A stretch of 63,171 nt of DNA, filler included, from Craspedostauros australis (taxonomy: Eukaryota): assembly GCA_030167865.1 (NCBI GenBank). It is 12 parts of 12 records of this genome, joined end to end, with 100 filler letters (N's around TTAATTAATTAA, not from the genome) between each part and the next. Parts side by side here need not be neighbours in the genome. Positions count along the whole stretch, not along the records: positions 53,223 to 62,022 come from JALAGF010002761.1; positions 62,123 to 63,171 come from JALAGF010002764.1; 10 more parts are not named here. The stretch is one strand, 5' to 3'. Under the pieces are notes generated by a model, which did not search any database, was not told the DNA's origin, and worked only from the letters and a program-made list of their open reading frames with translations. Of the stretch, positions 56,828 through 63,171 are shown in pieces. Position 1 is the stretch's first letter. Each line of letters begins with the position of its first letter. The translations under genes were made by a program, and so were the position numbers.

Positions 56828-58300
56828 ATGCTGATGCTTGCCGTGCTGCAACTGATGCTGACGGCCTACTTTGGTTCCATTCTCTGCGTCCAAGCCTTTC
56901 CAACCACTCCAGTGCCTCAGTTTGGACTTGCGGCAACGTCGGCGGCGAGCGAGCATCGGCAGGCACACAGAACGTGGCTTCTGCTGTCGCAATCCGACGA
57001 GGATACAAGATCCTCCCCAACAGCAACGACGAAAGTGACAACAACGGCGACAACAACAACGAACGAACCGGCCACCATCGTCGATTGGGATGATGATTTC
57101 GATACCAACACAGACTTCGATGAGACATTCTCGGACGATGGATCGTCCTCATCCATGGTCTGCGCCGTCGATCTCGAAGACCTCACCACGCCGTACATGA
57201 GTTCGTTGGAAAGCGAGTCGACCTTCATCGATTACGGTCCCGATGGCTTCGTCGTCCCGGCCGGACCCGTCGGACAGTTCAAGGAGCGCGTCGGCAATCT
57301 GTTGGAACTGGAACCGCGCTACGAAGTCGCAATCTCTGCCTCCATCTTGTTATCGAGCTTCCTGGCCGCGTTGTCGACGATCGATGATGAAGCATGGTCG
57401 GCACCGATGATCACCATGACGATCCGCGGAGTGATGGGCGTCGTTCTGGCCGTGGACTTCTTGGGGCGGTGGTTCTCGTCAAGCCAAGAGACTTGGCGAT
57501 TCGTGCTGTCCCCGCAGTTCGTTCTGGACATGACCGTCGTGGTGCTGCCGTTGTTGGTGCTCCCCATCAACTTGATGGCGGCCGCCATGACGGGGGATCT
57601 CGCTACGACGACGACGCCTGCCTGGATCACGATGGTGCCGTCGATCCTGTCTCCGGACACGGCGGGTCTGTTCAACTTGCAGCTGCTGCGCATCCTGCGA
57701 TGGCGACGCGTGTTGAAGGACCCCGCGACGTTCGCGCACTTCGAAAAGGCCCTGGGCGTGCAATTCCCCATCATCGGACGTGGTATCGATCGTGAGGTCG
57801 ACGGCATCCCCGATTGGCAGCTGCAGCTGGCGCGCGTGTTTCTGACCCTGTTCACGCTCGTGTCCGTGGCGACGGGATTGATCTACACCGTCGAGCACTC
57901 CATCAATCCCAGCATCAACTCGTACTTCGACGCTTTGTACTTCGGACTGACAACTGTCACGACGGTGGGGTTTGGCGATATCTCGCCCGTGACGACGAAC
58001 GGGCGCATCGTCGTGTGCGGCAGCATCCTCGTGGGCGGAGCCGTGGTGCCCACGCAGCTCGCGGAACTTGCGGAGGCGCTGATCTCGTCGCGCAATCTGC
58101 GCAAGCAGGCGCAAGAAAAGATGCTCGACGAGGATCCCGCAGAGACATCGCAGTCGTCGCTGGCGTCCGACATGAACAGCAAGAACAATGGAACGCAGCA
58201 AGACATGACGCTGCGGACGGATATGCAATGTCCGCACTGCGGTGTTGTCTTCCATTGGTCGTGTGCCAGGTATTGTTACTCTTGCGGTGAGCGTTTGTAA
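56828..58300 (+). CDS. Voltage-gated-type K+ channel with a C-terminal zinc ribbon, plastid-targeted
   Basis: Pore YFDALYFGLTTVTTVGFGDISP, S4-like LQLLRILRWRR, terminal CPHC...H...YCYSCGERL. Signal peptide ending VQA-FP. Confidence 0.88.
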   Translation: MLMLAVLQLMLTAYFGSILCVQAFPTTPVPQFGLAATSAASEHRQAHRTWLLLSQSDEDTRSSPTATTKVTTTATTTTNEPATIVDWDDDFDTNTDFDETFSDDGSSSSMVCAVDLEDLTTPYMSSLESESTFIDYGPDGFVVPAGPVGQFKERVGNLLELEPRYEVAISASILLSSFLAALSTIDDEAWSAPMITMTIRGVMGVVLAVDFLGRWFSSSQETWRFVLSPQFVLDMTVVVLPLLVLPINLMAAAMTGDLATTTTPAWITMVPSILSPDTAGLFNLQLLRILRWRRVLKDPATFAHFEKALGVQFPIIGRGIDREVDGIPDWQLQLARVFLTLFTLVSVATGLIYTVEHSINPSINSYFDALYFGLTTVTTVGFGDISPVTTNGRIVVCGSILVGGAVVPTQLAELAEALISSRNLRKQAQEKMLDEDPAETSQSSLASDMNSKNNGTQQDMTLRTDMQCPHCGVVFHWSCARYCYSCGERL

Positions 58301-59061
58301 CATAATATGATAGAGGAGGGACGTGCTATATGATATGTAGAGCAGAGCATTATCGTAGCGCAGGTCAACGTGTGAACTTGTATGGTGTCCTGAGATGTTG
58401 CGATCTTCGTAGGAATGCAGGTTGTAGCAGGATGCGCGGCAAAGCGCAACGCCAGCGAACGACCACACTTTCTTTGGGCGGATGTTTGGTATCTTCTGAG
58501 TCTTGTGTTGATGATATTGGACTAGTGCGACCATTCACAACCTGAGATCGACTCATCGGAGTGTATTTCGAACCGCGATTTAACCGCCATGCCGAGTTCC
58601 AACCACAAGACAAACCCGCCAAAAACACCAAGAGTTGCGCTCTCGTGGTTGTTGTTTGTTGGTGGTGGCGCTCTGCTCGTCTTCGTGGTTGTTGTGGAGG
58701 CTTGTGGATGGAGCGTTGTCTGGATTCAAACAGTTGCGATCATTTCACTTGAGCTGTTGATGATCATACCATAGGTCATAGAGGAGAGCAGAGCACTCCA
58801 CAAACTCGTGTGAAGTCTGGAATCAACCATCATCTGGAAGGCGGACAGAGACAGAGACAGCGTGGTGGAGTGAAAGCGAGGCCGTGCCCAGAGAAGGAGC
58901 TGATCCTGGGCTTCGATCATTGGAAGATATAGCAGAGAGAAAGAGAGTGTGTGAGAGAGCCAAGTCGAAAGGCAAACCAAAGATCGACAGAGCAGACCCT
59001 TTGCCGAGGAGATCTCACTCATCATACAACAAGTTTCAACTGCAATCGCAGCAACGGCATC

Positions 59062-62022
59062 ATGTTCCGCAACGAACGAGAATTGCGTTTCTTGGAGACA
59101 CTGGGCAAGACTCCCGACCAGGTGCATCCGTTCATGGCGCAGATCGATGTGGATCCATCTTGCTGGTTTTGGCATTTGCTTCCTGACGAAATCATCACGA
59201 ACGAGGTCTTTGGGCTTCACTTTGACCTGGATGCTGACGGCGACGATGGTAAGCAAGCACTGTGTTCAGTTTGCACAGTTTGCACAGTATATGGAAGAGG
59301 TCATATGTCGATCGATCCATTGATCGATCCATTGATTGCTTCGTATCGACCTCTTCTGCTCTTTGGCTTGCAATCATCTTGTGTCAACACGATGTGTCGA
59401 TCGCTCACCTTCATTCTTCTGCTCCGCTTCTTCCAATGGTGTGATGCAACGCCCCGTCTTTCACGCATTTGTTGCGCTCATCCGTGCATCATGCAATCTC
59501 TTTCGACAACGACCACAATGACAACAACGACGACAACGGACAATCGCAAAGACGATGCAAATGCGCCACAAGCCAAATCATTGAAAGCGCTGCGACTGCA
59601 AGTCATCAAACAGCACAAGAGAGGGCTTCTGTCAGATCACGACATGTTCCAATTCTCGATCATTCTGTGGATGCAAAAGCTACGTCACGCGCACGACACG
59701 GACGACGTCTTCCGGAAGGTGTCGAAGCTGCTCAACATGTGCCTGCTGGACGCCCACCCCGATCTGCCGCAGAATCAACCAGAGAACAACAACAATGCCA
59801 TTGATGGATGGCGCAGCTGGGCGCACTACTTGATGCCACCGATGTCCTCCATCTCCGTCGATATCTTGATGGAGGAGGATCCGGAATTCGACGATGACAT
59901 CGTCTTGGCCGATTGGATCATGGAGTTCCTGCAGTTGTTGTACATGGAGTGGGACCAATGGTCGGCAGCAGATCAAAAGGTGGCACCGCGCAAGAAGCGA
60001 CAGCGCGTCGGCGAACTCACGACGACGACGACGACGGGCATGTCGGAACGCGCCAAGCTGGGATTTGCGTACATCATCACCTTCATCGAGTACTCCATAC
60101 AGGAGGAAGTGCTGTCGTCGTGGCACGATCTGGCCAACAACGTGTGGACGTCCGAGCTGTCCACCGTCTTTCGACAGTTCGAGAAGGTGCATCACACGGC
60201 GGGGATCGTGCTGTTGGCGTTGCGGTTCCTCAGATTACGTCGTTCCTCGGTTCTGCTGTGCACGTTGGACGACATCGATTTCGTGCACCTCGCCACCAAG
60301 ATGGAAGCCTTGCTATTCCGGTACGTTGTCGAACGGCTTGTGAAGTATTTTTATTCCATTCTTCACAAAATGCACACCAACTCACTCACTCACTCTTTTT
60401 CACACCAAACACATCTTATTCCATTTCTCAGTCGCATGGAGGCAGCCACCAAGGTCCCGCAATACGCCATTAGAGCGGACTTTGTCAAGCACATGATGTT
60501 CGCCACGAAGGCGTCCAACCCACCCAGCATCAGTGAATCCGACCGTTTCAATCCCTACCTCGATCAGATCTGCAAGGCCTGCGCCATCATCCTTCCCATC
60601 AATTCCATCGGCAAAGCTATCGACAATATTCGTGCCACCCTCCAAGCCCCATCGCAGAACAAGCGACCACAACGTGCCACCAACAACCGCAAACGCCTCA
60701 CTGCCGGAGATGCAGATGACGCTGAAGGAGACGATGGTGAGCAGTCTCCGTACTCGATACAGACAGTCGAGAAGATACCGCCGGAGCTGTTCGAGAAGTA
60801 TTCCGGCATCATCGTCCACCACGCTCTGCTCGTCGCGAGTCATGAGCTCGACAAGGCCGTCATGGCGGCGAAGCGCATCTGCGAGCTCAGAATCGATGTT
60901 GCCGTGCACGAACGATGCTGGGCGCACATCTGGGACATCCTCGAATACTACGGCCACATCTTCGTCGATGGGCACGACGCGCGTGACTTGGCTCCAATGC
61001 CCTACATCAAAACCAAGGCGAAATCCAAGCGCAAATTCGTGCTCGACATCATGGCCACCAACCTGGGCAGCTACGGATTTCGGTTCATGGAGGCCTACTT
61101 GACGGATGTCGTGCGGGACGTATGGGAGAACCCCAACGCGACAGAGGAAGAGAAGAACAACGTCCTCCTTGCTGCGCAGAAGACCGCCTTGCGCATGTGC
61201 TGCCAGTGCATCAAGACGACGACCGTGCGTGGAATCATGTCGTACATCGATATTGACTGGAAGCACACGCGCCGAGAGGGACCGCCGCAGCCTCCTTTCA
61301 AGCCGGCATCGCCCTACGACATCATCGACAGCCAGCAAGAGAAGGTGTTGGATCAGTGGGCAACCGCTTTCCTGGTGTACAGCAACCCCATTCCGCCTTC
61401 CTTGTTGGATGGCGACGTGTTGGACATTCACCGGTACATCAAGCGTGCCGAGCAACCAGAAGAACTCGACGAGGATGTGCTTGCCACAGACGTGGCACAA
61501 GAACAGACGGAAGAAGCCGATGGGCCGGCTGCCGCTAATGTGGACGATGTTCTTGTCCAGGGATCTGAAGCTGCGCACGAGTTGGAGCAGGAGGACGAGT
61601 ACATCGATGATGGCGAGGCACAACAGCATGTTGCTGCTAGCGATGATGATGATGATGATGATATTGTCGAAGTGACAGAAATCATCGACTCCGACGATGA
61701 CATGGTGGTCCAGGGTCTCCCACAAGAGTACATTCAGCAACAGGCACCTGCGCAAATGACATACCAGTACGGCGATGCCGTTGAAGGCCAGTACGGTTAC
61801 GTCGATGCCGCGGGCCAACCGATGTACGCTGAAGAAGACGGTGCCTACGATTCCGGCGCATATGACGACGATGACGGCGAAGAAATTGAAGAGGACGACG
61901 CAGGAGCGCAGTTTGAAGACACTGATGAAATGGAGATGCAAGATGGCATGGAGGCTTTGCCACCGCTGCGAAATAGAGCTTCGGTATCTGCCATCGATTT
62001 CTCCGCAGAACAAGCCGACGAG
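59062..62022 (+). CDS. Hypothetical helical protein with an acidic tail, 3' truncated (exons 59062-59248, 59552-60320, 60432-62022)
   Basis: Long ORF with coding-like composition, two GT-AG intron-like segments and an NLS-like PRKKRQR. No domain recognised. Confidence 0.65.
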
Positions 62023-62571
62023 NNNNNNNNNNNNNNNNNNNNNNNNNNNNNNNNNNNNNNNNNNNNTTAATTAATTAANNNNNNNNNNNNNNNNNNNNNN
62101 NNNNNNNNNNNNNNNNNNNNNNGGAAGATCGATGAGGCGTCGCGCTGGGACATGAACAGCGCACGATGTCCGTTGCGCTTTAAGCGCGGACCATTGAATG
62201 CATGGTGCATGGACTGCCCAGAGATCATATTCTCCATTCAGATTCCAGACGGGCCAAGAGGAGCAATCCCACGGACCGAAGCGGAAAGGGAGGAGTGCAG
62301 AGGANTGCTCATGGATGCAGATCCGATCTGCCTCTCTGTTCGATANCCNTTGAGCAACATGATGTTTGCCAATGATGTGTACTTTGAATCTTCGACGATC
62401 TACTATGATGCGATCGATGACTTCGAAAGTTGACCGTGCAGGTGCGTGTACACACGCACGTTGCACTAGATGATGCATGAGATTGGCGTGCGGAGCACAC
62501 TCGATGTGGCTCGCAACGCATATGCAATCAACGACATGCTGGAAAACAATAGCGCCGCCCCGATCTAACAG

Positions 62572-63171
62572 ATGCTGATTGGATACATGGGTCGCACGCA
62601 AGCGGTATGCACCGCATGATGAATCTGGCAACGACCAGAATCCTAATCATGAGAGACATGACATGGGCGGATAAGTCAAATGGGCGATTCGAGAGTATTA
62701 AGAACGCCGACAGGTCAGTACTGATAGACCTGGGAAATGACGACTCCACATTGGGGACGGTTTCCCCAGATAGAAGAGTGACTTGGGAGCGACGATCGGA
62801 TACCATCCGAAGCATGGAGACCGACGACGCTGATCAGAGCAGAAGAGCCGGAGAAGATACAGATACAGAAGACGCTGCTCGCGGGCAAGATGACTTGCTC
62901 CCTACCCAAGGGGACAATGAATTGTACGATAACGACGACGATGAATCCGGAAGGGACGATGAGACGGGACGAGACGATATGGTCGAAGACGAACCAAGCA
63001 CGGTCCCNNNNNNNNNNNNNNNNNNNNNNNNNNNNNNNNNNNNNNACGAACCAAGCACGGTCCCAATCGCAGAACCTGTTGCGCGCATGCCGAGGATGCT
63101 AAGTGCTCTCGCGGGGTACAATAATACACCCATCCAAAGGAGGAGCGAGAACTTGGATCAAGTGGAGAATC
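62572..63171 (+). mobile_element. Third degenerate copy of the copia family (closely similar to 50876-51799)
   Basis: NLATTRILIMRDMTWADKS...PRMLSALAGYNN matches 51799-51270 (minus) and ~1400-1930. Confidence 0.85.

Noticed and set aside
60400..62013. Long antisense ORFs (also 10642-11586, 36289-37404, 57479-58534)
   Set aside because: Shadow frames of real genes, caused by codon bias; no independent domain signal.
3450..62078. Recurring TTAATTAATTAA palindrome as a biological repeat, CRISPR-like array or piggyBac target
   Set aside because: Always centred in exactly 44+44 N. It is an assembly spacer, so gene neighbourhoods across it were not interpreted.

Overview
Eukaryotic nuclear DNA, most likely from a diatom. 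Support: CoDi-type Ty1/copia elements, bipartite signal+plastid targeting peptides with ASAFAP-like motifs, a periplastid-type protein and GT-AG introns. The window is not one locus. It is 12 contigs joined by eleven artificial 100-nt spacers (44 N + TTAATTAATTAA + 44 N), so adjacency across spacers means nothing. The gene-rich contigs (3506-34954, 35055-39827, 53223-62022) encode a catalytically degenerate endonuclease III-like protein, an Rtt106/SSRP1-like PH-domain chaperone, a bHLH factor, a plastid YjbQ protein, a PPP1-like periplastid protein, a 3200-aa disordered protein, a Cys-rich anchored surface protein, a plastid-targeted K+ channel and several unknowns. The small contigs are mostly transposon fragments: copia/CoDi, Sola3-like, IS630/Tc1-mariner-like and a MITE-like repeat. 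Possible piggyBac and Helitron ends flank the surface-protein gene. Best leads: (1) a PIF/Harbinger-type element whose partner gene fuses a Myb-like HTH to an alpha-crystallin/HSP20-like domain, with a third Cys-rich ORF between them; (2) a dead copia pol bracketed by two convergent, inverted copies of one LTR end; (3) a Tc1/mariner-like transposase with an HMG-box-like insertion. All family calls come from motif recognition by eye. No database searches were run.
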